64,000 nt of DNA from Cyanidioschyzon merolae. Taxonomy: Eukaryota. The position numbers were made by a program, and so were the translations under genes. The stretch lies in assembly GCA_000091205.1 (NCBI GenBank), contig AP006501.2, one strand, 5' to 3'. This document shows positions 33,196-42,315 of this stretch, piece after piece. Each line of letters opens with the position of its first letter. Position 1 is the stretch's first letter. The notes under the pieces were generated by a model that did no database searches, was not told the origin of the DNA, and saw only the letters and a list, made by a program, of their open reading frames with translations.

Positions 33196-33815
33196 CGCCG
33201 CTCAGGAGCGCTCTGAGCAGCACCTGCAAACAGGCTCGCGGATAGCCGACGGCTTCCAAACGAGAACGTTCAACGGCAGGCCAGTCTTCGTGGTAAGAAG
33301 GACGCGTAAACCTGGTATTCTCAAGCGAGATCTTTGCTGAACGCTCAGGTCTTGAATCCTTCCACGAAGCCTGCAGACTAGCTGCGCTCGCCGAACGCTC
33401 TCGTGCAAGCCGGCGCGACGCAAGTCGTGAGGAGCGTGCGCAGCACTCGAGCGCCTGCGGAACGCTGCGACTTGTCAGCGGCCGTCACCAAGGACGTCTG
33501 TACCGCCATAGACGGTTCAGGGTCTGATCTTGTAGTGCTTCAGCCATAGAGAGGTTTGCTTTGATCCCGGCAATCTTTGGTTGGTGCGTCTGTGGCGCAA
33601 CTGAACGCATCGGACGACAACGAGCTGGTACCGCTCGTCTCGGAAGCGACGCGGTGAGCACTTTTGCTGCTATGCTGAAGCGGTGAGCCGCGTTTACGGG
33701 CGCTTCGGAAACGCGTCCGACTTGTTCTGCAGGTTTTGTGGTTCCAACCGGCGCATTGTAACGCGATTTTGGACGAAAGAGCCGCGGTCATCGAAGAACG
33801 CATAGAAACACTTTT
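33196..33815. promoter_or_regulatory. Putative bidirectional promoter region between the divergent ECT (minus) and RsmH (plus) genes
   Basis: This is inference only: a 620-bp interval sits between two divergent start codons. No motif was verified. Confidence 0.2.
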
Positions 33816-35417
33816 ATGTTCACTGCTTTAGTGAGCAGTACGGGGCTCTCGCTTGCGCTTGGACGCCGAGGTTTCCCCCGCACCCCGAAAGGCACCTGGA
33901 CGCCAGCAATAGTGAGGCACCTCGCGGCCGGAAGCCGAGCAGGTAAGCCGTCGCAACGCTTCGGGCAAGGGCGTCATTGGGCCAACTTCGCGCGCATGCA
34001 TCGTAAAAACAACCACGACTACGTGGAACTTCCCCAAGAGGAAATGGATAACTTGAAAATCCAACCGGAGACGCATTCGCAGAGAGTAGCTCGTGTGCAT
34101 GTGCCAGTGCTTGCAGATGCTGTGCGACAAGCCTTCGCAGGGCGCTCTATGACCCACTTTGTTGACGGCACGCTCGGTGCGGGCGGGCATGCCACGATGA
34201 TCATCGCTGACCATCCCGAACTGGAGCATTTTATCGGCATCGATCGAGATCGATCTGCCCTTGAGCTGGCATCGAAACACTTGGAAGAACAGTTTGCGGG
34301 GCGACATGCCCCCCAGATGCATTTTCTGCACGGGAATTTTCGCGATATTATGGCACTCTGCCAAGCCAGATCCATTAACGCGGTGGATGGCATTCTCCTG
34401 GATTTGGGAGTGTCTTCGATGCAGCTGGACCACCCTGAAAGAGGGTTCAGTTTCGGCGGAAGCGCTCGCGCTCGAAGCGATTTCAGCCAGGGAAAGCGTA
34501 CAGACGCGCCTTGGGATGCGCCTCTCGACATGCGCATGGATCAGCACGCTACAGGCGCACTCACTGCTCAGGATATCGTGAACACCTGGAGCGAATCCGA
34601 GTTGTATCGCATATTGCGAGCGTACGGCGAGGAGCCTCGTGCACGCCAAATCGCCCGAGGCATCGTGGAGGCGCGACGGCGGGCGCCCATCGAGACCACA
34701 GGGCAACTCGCCACCATCGTACTCGAGGCCAAGGGCATCCGCCGTCGAACACATGCACAACACCAAGACGCCTTGACGGGATCGAGCGAGCAACCAGCCA
34801 TAGGGACGGCGGCTTCCAAGCGACGGCTTCCAGTGATGGAGCAGGTCGGCGTTTGGCACCCCGGAAGACGACGGCACCAGCACGGCGGAACGCTGCATCC
34901 GGCGACGCTCACGTTCCAGGCGTTACGCATTGCTGTGAACGACGAGCTTGGATGCCTCGAGCAGGGCCTCCAAGCATGCATTCGACTGCTGCGTCCGGGT
35001 GGACGCTTGGCTGTCATCTCGTTCCATCGACTCGAGGATCGCATCGTCAAGTGGACTTTTCGGGCATTTGCTGAAGGGCAACGCACGCCAGCGAGCGGAT
35101 GCGCTGCGATACCCGCCGTCTCCCGGCGGGCGTCAGGAGCGCACGAGGCACGCCCTGCGACACGCATCAGCGATGAGGACACGTCATCGGATGATGCGTG
35201 CACGGAGGGCGCACGCATCGCGCAACTCTGCTCAGTGGAGGTGCCGCGGCAACCGGCGAACGATTCAGCATATGCTGAGCAGCTCGAGGATCACGAATGC
35301 TGGCGCATCATCACGAAGAAGCCCATTGTGCCGAGCCCCGAAGAGGTGAACCAGAATCCGCGAAGTCGCTCGGCAAAATTGCGGATCATCGAGAACGTTG
35401 CAGGTACGTGTGGTTGA
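33816..35417 (+). CDS. rsmH: 16S rRNA (cytosine-N4)-methyltransferase RsmH/MraW homologue (organellar type) with insertions and a C-terminal extension
   Basis: The ORF is collinear with bacterial RsmH. Matches are HVPVLADAV, FVDGTLGAGGHATMI, FIGIDRDRSAL, DGILLDLGVSSMQLDHPERGFSF, PLDMRMD, YGEEPRARQIARGIVEARRRAPIETTGQLA, HPATLTFQALRIAVNDELGCLEQGL, LRPGGRLAVISFHRLEDRIVK and NPRSRSAKLRIIE. The N-terminal 70 aa are presequence-like. Confidence 0.85.
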   Translation: MFTALVSSTGLSLALGRRGFPRTPKGTWTPAIVRHLAAGSRAGKPSQRFGQGRHWANFARMHRKNNHDYVELPQEEMDNLKIQPETHSQRVARVHVPVLADAVRQAFAGRSMTHFVDGTLGAGGHATMIIADHPELEHFIGIDRDRSALELASKHLEEQFAGRHAPQMHFLHGNFRDIMALCQARSINAVDGILLDLGVSSMQLDHPERGFSFGGSARARSDFSQGKRTDAPWDAPLDMRMDQHATGALTAQDIVNTWSESELYRILRAYGEEPRARQIARGIVEARRRAPIETTGQLATIVLEAKGIRRRTHAQHQDALTGSSEQPAIGTAASKRRLPVMEQVGVWHPGRRRHQHGGTLHPATLTFQALRIAVNDELGCLEQGLQACIRLLRPGGRLAVISFHRLEDRIVKWTFRAFAEGQRTPASGCAAIPAVSRRASGAHEARPATRISDEDTSSDDACTEGARIAQLCSVEVPRQPANDSAYAEQLEDHECWRIITKKPIVPSPEEVNQNPRSRSAKLRIIENVAGTCG

Positions 35418-36294
35418 GTTCATAAGCTGGCACTCATCTCGGTGCATGATGTTCGGAAGCGTGCTGCTCAATTGCCGGGGTGATAGGAGTCGTCCCGCTT
35501 GGCTAGTGATTGATGCTCGCGAACTGATCAGGGGATTGGTCGAGAAGAACCAGCTTTGATACATGTTCCATGATGGTATTGGTAGCGGTTGCGATACAGG
35601 TTACTGCTTGTGTTACAATGGTACGTGCTCGTGCAAGCACGCTCGACACCGCGATACGCGCCTTGGCCGGGGGCAAACGTCGGCGACGCGTCGACTCGTG
35701 TTGCGCGGATGCCGCCTACGCGGGGTGCGCGCGGACCCGCAGCGCCCGTCAATTAGTGCAGGTTGCTTGCGCACGTCCAACCGGTATCCCAGATACCCGC
35801 CTCGGTCGTTAGCAATGGCGGGCGGGACAATGTCGAGGCAATCGTTGCACTGATGGACGCGGACGCTCGGTCCGATACGTCCTTGATCAAGTAAAGTCCG
35901 TTGTGGTCGGTGAACAGCGCTTACTTCGGTGCGAAAATCTGCAGATAGCTCTCTGACGGAAGGAAGCTTTTACGCGTAGTATAGAGCAGGCTTCGACACC
36001 TTGAGCCTGCTCGCGACTGAAGGCTAGGTGCACTGGCGGTCGCGCTACATCCAGAACGAGAACTGCGTCATCGTATGCCAAGACTTGGTCGATTCGTCGC
36101 GAAGCGACCACGCAATTCCCGAGTACATCACATAGCGCGGTTGTGTATTCGCATAACCGCAGCGATACCGTAGCTCTACCGAGTGCTTTCGGCCCATATT
36201 CGCGTGCTGGACACCAGCATGCAACAGATTCGTGCCTAGTCGCCCACGACGACGCCGCGTACCTGCTGGTCATTTTCATCTGCTGGTGTATTGT

Positions 36295-36315
36295 ATTGCA
36301 TTGCATTGCATTGCG
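36295..36315. repeat. (GCATT)n pentanucleotide microsatellite
   Basis: attgcattgcattgcattgcg read directly. Confidence 0.85.
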
Positions 36316-36657
36316 TTACATATATCCTGTTGGTACCAGGCGAGGCTTGGGTACTGCGAGGCAATGCGCGGCGGACCCCGAAGTGAACGCCATTCGCTGG
36401 CCCAAAACCCGAAGCCATCGACAAGAACGGCAGCATCCTGCCTCCCGCATCTGCGCGAATCCTCCGCTATTCGGGGCAATCCGTATCTGTCCATTCGGTG
36501 TGCTTCGCAACAGCTCCGCAAAGACTCGTGGTATGGTCGTCTGAAAAACGAGCGCGAAGCATCCACGTCACCTCGGTATCGTCGATTCCGGATCCGTGTG
36601 GTCGACGCGTCACCTTTGGCGCCGAACACGCCACGGTCCACAGGAGCTCCACCACGC

Positions 36658-37983
36658 TCATTTGTTCCGATTCTTCTTCGGTGCCGAGTCTGTATTGGGC
36701 GCTGCAGACGCATTCGAAGTTTCGTTCTGCGTTTCTGTGATGACGCGCGTGTAGCAGCTCGTGTATGAAACCGCCCCAAAGCCTTCTGAATCATCAATAA
36801 TCTCGGCTTCCTGGAAACGACTTTCATCGAAATTCAGACGCTGCAGAAGCTCTTGCATGCGCGGAGAAAGGGTCTGCGGCTCGCTCGAGTAGCGCGGGAT
36901 CTGGTTTCCTCGATACCGGTGTCGATACGCTCCTCGACTCGTCATTCTCGACGTGTTAGCGAGCTTTTTCAGCTCCTGAGGCGCCATCGACTGGTCTGGC
37001 GTGCGTCGGCCAACCGCACTCCGGGAACCGGGGCCAGAGCTGGACGCGTCTGGACGTTTGTCGGCAGTTGGCTTCGCTCCTGGAACGGAACCTCTGCGGC
37101 TGCCGGCGGTTGCGTCGCGCCCCAGACCGGGAGCCGACGCAGACGATTCTCGTCGAGCGGTTTCGAGCCCGTTGCTTGGTGCGATGCTACTCGGGTGCGG
37201 GTCGCTGGGCGGCGGCCCCGTGCCTTGACTCCAGTGACCCTGCGGATGACGCCCCTGAGTATCAGATGAACGCCGTTGCGTTGGTGCTGGCGCGGGTTCA
37301 TGCGGCAACGGCACCGCTGGTGATGTAGGTTTCGATTCTGGAGGCGTCTTGAGCGCAGCTCTTGTGCGCGGTTTTCTTTTCTCCGACTTTGATGTGGTGG
37401 ACGACTCCGAAGGCAGTGGAGTCACAGAAGCGGAGGGGCGTTCAGGAACACGCGGGTGCTTCAAGTCGCGCGTTGACTTTGGGTCCCTCTGTTTCGGGCG
37501 CGGACGGAATGCGCGCCGCCGCTCTGGCGGCCCAATGTCGGCGTCCTCCGCGTGATCCTCCTCGAAGTCTAAGCGCATCCAACAGGGCGAAATCGCTGTC
37601 CTTTGTGCACAGTGGTGTCGCCATCGCCGCGTACGACACGTACCGGAGCAGTTAAAAGCAGAGCAGCGGCTCTCGTTGCGAAGTGCGCCGAACACCGAGA
37701 CAAAAGCGCAGTCGCGATGCGCGCCCATGGTAGACGCTCCCTGATCCACTTGGAAGCAATGGAAAAGCACCATCGACGACAAAGCGTGCGCGTGCGGCAC
37801 AGACGGGTTGGTAAAATACGTCCTCAATGAACAACGACGGGTTGAACAAACGCACCCCACTGTCGACAACCGGTCGTCAGTGCGTCTCGACGGGTCCGTC
37901 TGGGAACCGCCCTTGCGCCAAAAACTGGGTACGGCCGACCTTGAATCCGATGAGAAGCCCCGTTGCCTGTGTGTGCGCTTCAC
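36658..37983 (-). CDS. Hypothetical Pro/Ser/Arg-rich low-complexity protein; coding status uncertain
   Basis: The 441-aa ORF lies in a very GC-rich interval where both strands carry long ORFs (36232-36768 plus, 36276-36827 minus). No domain was recognised. It is reported only because it is the longest ORF in a 2.8-kb interval that otherwise has no gene. Confidence 0.2.
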   Translation of the reverse strand: MKRTHRQRGFSSDSRSAVPSFWRKGGSQTDPSRRTDDRLSTVGCVCSTRRCSLRTYFTNPSVPHAHALSSMVLFHCFQVDQGASTMGAHRDCAFVSVFGALRNESRCSAFNCSGTCRTRRWRHHCAQRTAISPCWMRLDFEEDHAEDADIGPPERRRAFRPRPKQRDPKSTRDLKHPRVPERPSASVTPLPSESSTTSKSEKRKPRTRAALKTPPESKPTSPAVPLPHEPAPAPTQRRSSDTQGRHPQGHWSQGTGPPPSDPHPSSIAPSNGLETARRESSASAPGLGRDATAGSRRGSVPGAKPTADKRPDASSSGPGSRSAVGRRTPDQSMAPQELKKLANTSRMTSRGAYRHRYRGNQIPRYSSEPQTLSPRMQELLQRLNFDESRFQEAEIIDDSEGFGAVSYTSCYTRVITETQNETSNASAAPNTDSAPKKNRNK

Positions 37984-38254
37984 TCCTGCGTTCTCTGTAA
38001 CAGCTCTAGGGCCTTCTGCAAGTGCCAGGAGAAGCCCACTGGCAGAGCGGGGTTCACGAAACCGAAAAGGCTACGCTTTCCGACCGATTCCACACGGTGG
38101 AACGTTTCAAGCTCGCAACAGTGCCCCTGGTTTCCTGTTCTCCAACAAGTACTGGGTCAAAAACCGTACACAAAAAGCACACACCGCCGGCAACAAACGC
38201 TTTTCAAAAGAAAGACGCTGCCGCCAGCGGTGTACAGTAGTCGCGACCGGCGCC

Positions 38255-40322
38255 CTAGAGGAAACGTCTCCAATTGACGTGCAGACGCCTTCCAGCTTTT
38301 TTCCACTGGCCACCCACTACGGCTTCCAACTTTATCTCATATAATTCCACATTCAGAGATTGTTCAATAAAGAGTTCTCTTGTCAACTCTGGGGGTCTCT
38401 TCTCCATCAACGCATATTTCCTTATATTGATGGCAGCATTAAAGTCTCGATTCATAAACTCCATCAGTTTCTTGCCGTTGGGAGTTGTACTCACTAATGC
38501 AAGTAGTCCACGAACTTTCGCGCTCCTTTCCATTTGCTCTTCCGTCAGCGTACCGTACTTTCTTATAACCTCAGGACTCCTCTGGCACTTTTCCATCTCG
38601 ACCCTCTGAAGTGTACACCCCAGTTCATGGTGTGTATAGGACGTTCGAAACTCATCTACAGGTATCGTGCCGATACGCCGTGCACACTCTTTGTACGTTC
38701 TTGTCGTTGGAGCTGGCGAAGTTCCTTGCTTGGGTCTTCCGTCGCCCTGCTCCGTACGCTACTACGAGCCTCTGACTTTCATCCTCCTTCAAGGCGCTCA
38801 GCTGATTGAAAAAGTTCGCGAATGCACGCTGCTTCCCACAATACAAATTCATTCGCAGTCGAACCCGCCGGGGCTTGGTCTACTCCTCCTACAGCGCATC
38901 CCAATGAGCAACACGAACTTCCATGAATTTCCGTAGAGCCTGAAAGTCCGCTCCTCGGCTTGTCACCTCGCTCAAAGCTTCCAGGTGCTCTTTCATTCCT
39001 GCATTTCACTTCTCAATTTTCTTCCTCGCATTCATTATACCGGATTCTCGATAGAATCTCGCTCTCGAGAACCCCAAAAGACGCATGTCTTTCTGACGTA
39101 AGTTAGCATCAGTACCATCTTCCGCACGCTAGGGTACTGCGATGGTTATGTTATTTGTGTTTCCGGGATCCGCGCCAACGACAAAGTCGTTATCTTGCAC
39201 CTCCTGCGTCGCAGGATCCGCCTCCTTCTCATCTTCATGCATCGTCGCGCCAACGACAAGGTCGTTATCTTGCACCTCCTGCGTCCCAGGATCCGCCTTC
39301 TGCTCATCTGCATCCTTCGTCACGGGCGCAGCCGAGGGAGGGACTGGGCGATCTGTCTTCAACCGCCGATAGTGTATACACAAGGCTACTCCATCGGTTT
39401 CGATCATCTCAGTGAATACCTTTTGTTTGCTGACTTTGAGACGTTTGAAATCGAAGATACTCTTCCAGTACGTCTCACGGTTTTCACCGGAGAATTTCTT
39501 CCTGCTAACATCGGACTCAGGACTGATCTCGCTCATGATGCTGCAAAGACGCCAGAGTGGATAGTCACAAAATGTGACTTGATATTGTACATTGGAACAA
39601 CGTTGAAGCGCTTCCCCATTAGGAACGCCTTCCGTCTCTCCCACTCTTCATTTTTTCCTCATTCAGCCTCATCTCTGCCGTGCGTTCGAGTTCGCGGTCC
39701 AAAAACACGAAATACCTCAAGATGAGGAGGTAGTATCTTTCCTTATCTTTTCCAACTCTGATATCTTGTCTGCTGGATTAACCAGCCCCAAGACTGCACG
39801 GTGTTCCTGTATAACCGCACGGATTAGAGAAGCTTCATTCGTGCACTCATTCGACGCCTTCTTGTCAACGAACTCGATCTCATCTTCATGATGGCGATCG
39901 TTCGTGATGCAACTGATAATTGCCCATTTTCCTGCGCGAGACAGACCCAGGTAGAGTGCAACCACGGTGCGTATCATGAAACGTTCGAAGTTCGCTGTCA
40001 AATGGTTCTTCAGATTCGCGAGGTACTTCATCGCCCCATAGCTGTAAATATCCCAGTCACCCTTGTACCGAGTACCCTCGAACCCGTCAAAGGGATGTTT
40101 TTCGTGGAGAGCATGCACTAGCACATTTTCCCTCCGCGCTTTCTCTGTACCAAGCATCAGGTGACGAATAAAGGTCTTGTCGAAGAACTCGCCGGGAATC
40201 TCGACCGTTTCCATGTGCGTCCCGTCGCGATACATCTCTCTCACCAAATGCATCAGTCTTGACAACGCGTTGACAATACTCTTGGAGTACGACGCAAAAC
40301 GTTTTTCGATAGCGTCTCGCAA
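38255..40322 (-). pseudogene. Fanzor/TnpB-like RuvC-fold nuclease gene (about 640 codons) disrupted by in-frame stop codons
   Basis: Minus-strand ORFs 39717-40322 (201 aa, starts with Met), 39129-39644, 38779-39009, 38652-38852 and 38255-38596 are collinear pieces of one gene. Hand translation keeps a single frame from RuvC-I through HDTCR but passes TAG, TGA, TAG and TAG stops; the first three are AVP*, IEK* and DAL*. One frame change occurs before the RuvC-III exon-like piece. About 257 aa separate RuvC-I from RuvC-III, which is appropriate for Fanzor. A possible degenerate Cys-pair segment (VCTAYRHDTC ... GCTLQRVEMEKC) precedes RuvC-III. Confidence 0.55.
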
Positions 40323-40795
40323 CTTTTGTTTATGGGGATCCTTGATATATCCAAAAGGGTCCGCCAGGCTCGCGCTTCATGCTCCCGCCAGTACTTACTG
40401 CTGTAGCGATATCTAAGCGACTCGTCGAGAAACGCTGGTCATTCTGGGCTCGGGGCGGGTAGCCTGCGTCAGGGGCGTCGCCCTGGTCGCAGTGGACTCC
40501 TAGCGTATCGCTTCGCGCTGCTGCAGGCAGTAGGTCTAACTGCACATCTCCCAGGCTTCCAGAATGTTGACGAATCCCGATTCCGTATTCAATGAAGCAT
40601 TCCTCGATCCGATACCCCCATGGATATGGCAAAACCGTTCTGTCTCCATTCAGCATCCGCACTAGCAGCATCGGCTCTATTGCGGATGCAGCAATGCAGG
40701 TACTCAGCGCACGATGGAACATACGAAATTACCAGTATATCCGAGAACAGACCATGAAACTTGGCGTAAGAGCGAAGCATATTGAGCACTGGCAT
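38255..40795 (-). mobile_element. Fanzor/TnpB-like transposon, copy B (about 2.5 kb, better preserved)
   Basis: Homologous to copy A over its whole length. It carries a recognisable RuvC-I motif ([20 protein letters not shown] 39129-39644) and a RuvC-III motif (LMEFMNRDFNAAINIRKYAL, ORF 38255-38596) in the TnpB order. The 5' terminal motif is ACGAAATTACCAGTATATCCGAGAA at about 40725-40750. Confidence 0.6.
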
Positions 40796-40983
40796 TGATT
40801 CCAATATCCACCCCACAATCTAGAATCCATGATCCATACAAACGTCTTCTCATCGAAGAAATGGCTTCAGCAGCCACAACGCTACCGACGACGACGTCAA
40901 TTACAATAACGCAATCTGGCATACATTATCTGGAGCTAGCGTTGTACCGGGAGTCTGCGTGCCTCGGTCGCTAGTCGACGTCC

Positions 40984-42315
40984 TTGCCCAAGGATATGTG
41001 GGTGTCTACAGTGCACGGGTGGCAAGCGCTACCCCACTTGGAAGGCGTGCGACAGCACCGACGAGCACCGTGCCGACGACCTCCGCGAACCGCGAGGCGC
41101 TCTGACGCTGGAGTCTCGCTGCCTCGAACTGCGTTGCCGACTCGAGGGCGCTTCACTGCTGGGGTACCGACGTCAGCAGACTGCTCCGCGGTGCCGCGTT
41201 TGCGCTGCTTGGATGCGACACCAGCCAGCAGCGATGGAGCGGACACCGCTTCGACTCCAGCTGCAGCGGCAGGTGCGGGCGCTCAAAGCGTAGGGAGCGC
41301 AGTGGTTGCCTCCGAGCGCCCAGCGGACGCGAGAAGTGCAGCCTTGGTAGCTGCGGTGGCCACTACGCGTCCGGCACGTGATCTGGCTGTCCGAGTGGTG
41401 TCCGGCATTGTTATGGGTTTGGTTGCCACGACCTGGATTCTGGCGGGTATCTGGGTGTTTACGGCCGGTCTGACAGTTGTCGCAGTGCTCGGTCAACTTG
41501 AGTATTATAACATGGTGCGGGCAAAGGGCATCCGACCGGCACAACGCGCTGGGATAGCGGCGTCCATTTTGGCGCTGTGGGTAGCCGCAGCAGCACCGCA
41601 GGCATCAGAGGCCGTGTTCCCGGTCTCAGCGACGCTGATCTGTACCTACATGCTGTTGCATCGCCGGGAGAAGTTCGCTACGATCGCCGACATCAGCACA
41701 ACGTTCATGGGAATGTTTTACGCTGGATACCTGCCGACCTTCTGGGTTCGCATGCGAGCTCTCGGCGGCATTGAGCAGACGCGCTTTCCAGCGGTGGTAT
41801 CGCGTCTCCCCGATGTGCTGTGGCCAGGCTGGTTGCCACCACCGGAAGGCTGGACCGTAGGCGCAGCCCTAACCTGGTGGACCTGGCTCTCAGTGGCAAG
41901 TAGTGATATCGGTGCGCTGTTTATTGGCCGCGCGTTCGGGCGCCGCAAACTCAGCGACATTTCGCCGAAGAAGACCGTCGAAGGCGCCATCGGAGGCTTC
42001 CTCTGTTCTGCACTCGTTTCGATATTGGGAGCTTTCTTGATGAGATGGCCGCTCTGGTGGCTCACCGGCACCCTCTACGGAATCCTGATTGGCGTCGTGG
42101 GCCTTCTGGGAGATTTGACAGCCTCCCTCTTCAAGCGTGACGCTGGATTCAAGGACTCGCCTGCAACAGCGTTTGGGGGACGTTTCCGCTGGGCGCTCCC
42201 CGGCCACGGAGGAATTCTCGATCGAACCGATAGTTTTGTATTTACAGCGCCCCTCGTATATTATTTTGTCACCATGTTTTTGCCTGCGTTGCGCGCCTTT
42301 ATTTTGAAGAGATAG
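40984..42315 (+). CDS. Phosphatidate cytidylyltransferase (CDP-diacylglycerol synthase, CdsA family) with a presequence-like N-terminus
   Basis: The C-terminal signature is SPKKTVEGAIGGFLCSALVSILGAF ... GDLTASLFKRDAGFKDSPATAFGGRFRWALPGHGGILDRTDSFVF. This is the CTP_transf_1 motif (SPxKTxEGxxGG; GDLxxSxxKRxxGxKDSxxxxPGHGGxxDRxDS). Multiple transmembrane segments are present. The first 130 aa are Arg/Ser/Ala/Thr-rich, which is consistent with organelle targeting but unproven. Confidence 0.85.
   Translation: MPKDMWVSTVHGWQALPHLEGVRQHRRAPCRRPPRTARRSDAGVSLPRTALPTRGRFTAGVPTSADCSAVPRLRCLDATPASSDGADTASTPAAAAGAGAQSVGSAVVASERPADARSAALVAAVATTRPARDLAVRVVSGIVMGLVATTWILAGIWVFTAGLTVVAVLGQLEYYNMVRAKGIRPAQRAGIAASILALWVAAAAPQASEAVFPVSATLICTYMLLHRREKFATIADISTTFMGMFYAGYLPTFWVRMRALGGIEQTRFPAVVSRLPDVLWPGWLPPPEGWTVGAALTWWTWLSVASSDIGALFIGRAFGRRKLSDISPKKTVEGAIGGFLCSALVSILGAFLMRWPLWWLTGTLYGILIGVVGLLGDLTASLFKRDAGFKDSPATAFGGRFRWALPGHGGILDRTDSFVFTAPLVYYFVTMFLPALRAFILKR

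Noticed and set aside
33828-35218. Long minus-strand ORFs (356, 216 and 172 aa) rich in Arg/Ala/Ser
   Set aside because: They are antisense to the collinear, motif-supported RsmH gene. High GC content yields spurious open frames.
36232-36827. Overlapping long ORFs on both strands (178 aa plus, 183 aa minus) next to a (GCATT)n microsatellite
   Set aside because: They are mutually exclusive antisense frames in a GC-rich stretch with no recognisable motif, so they are most likely non-coding.
39095-39145. Possible short GT...CTAAC...AG intron at the end of the RuvC-I piece of Fanzor copy B
   Set aside because: Hand translation shows the downstream sequence stays in the same frame as RuvC-I and simply contains stop codons (TAG, TGA, TAG, TAG). 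Copy A is in frame across the homologous position. Pseudogenisation explains the breaks without invoking splicing.
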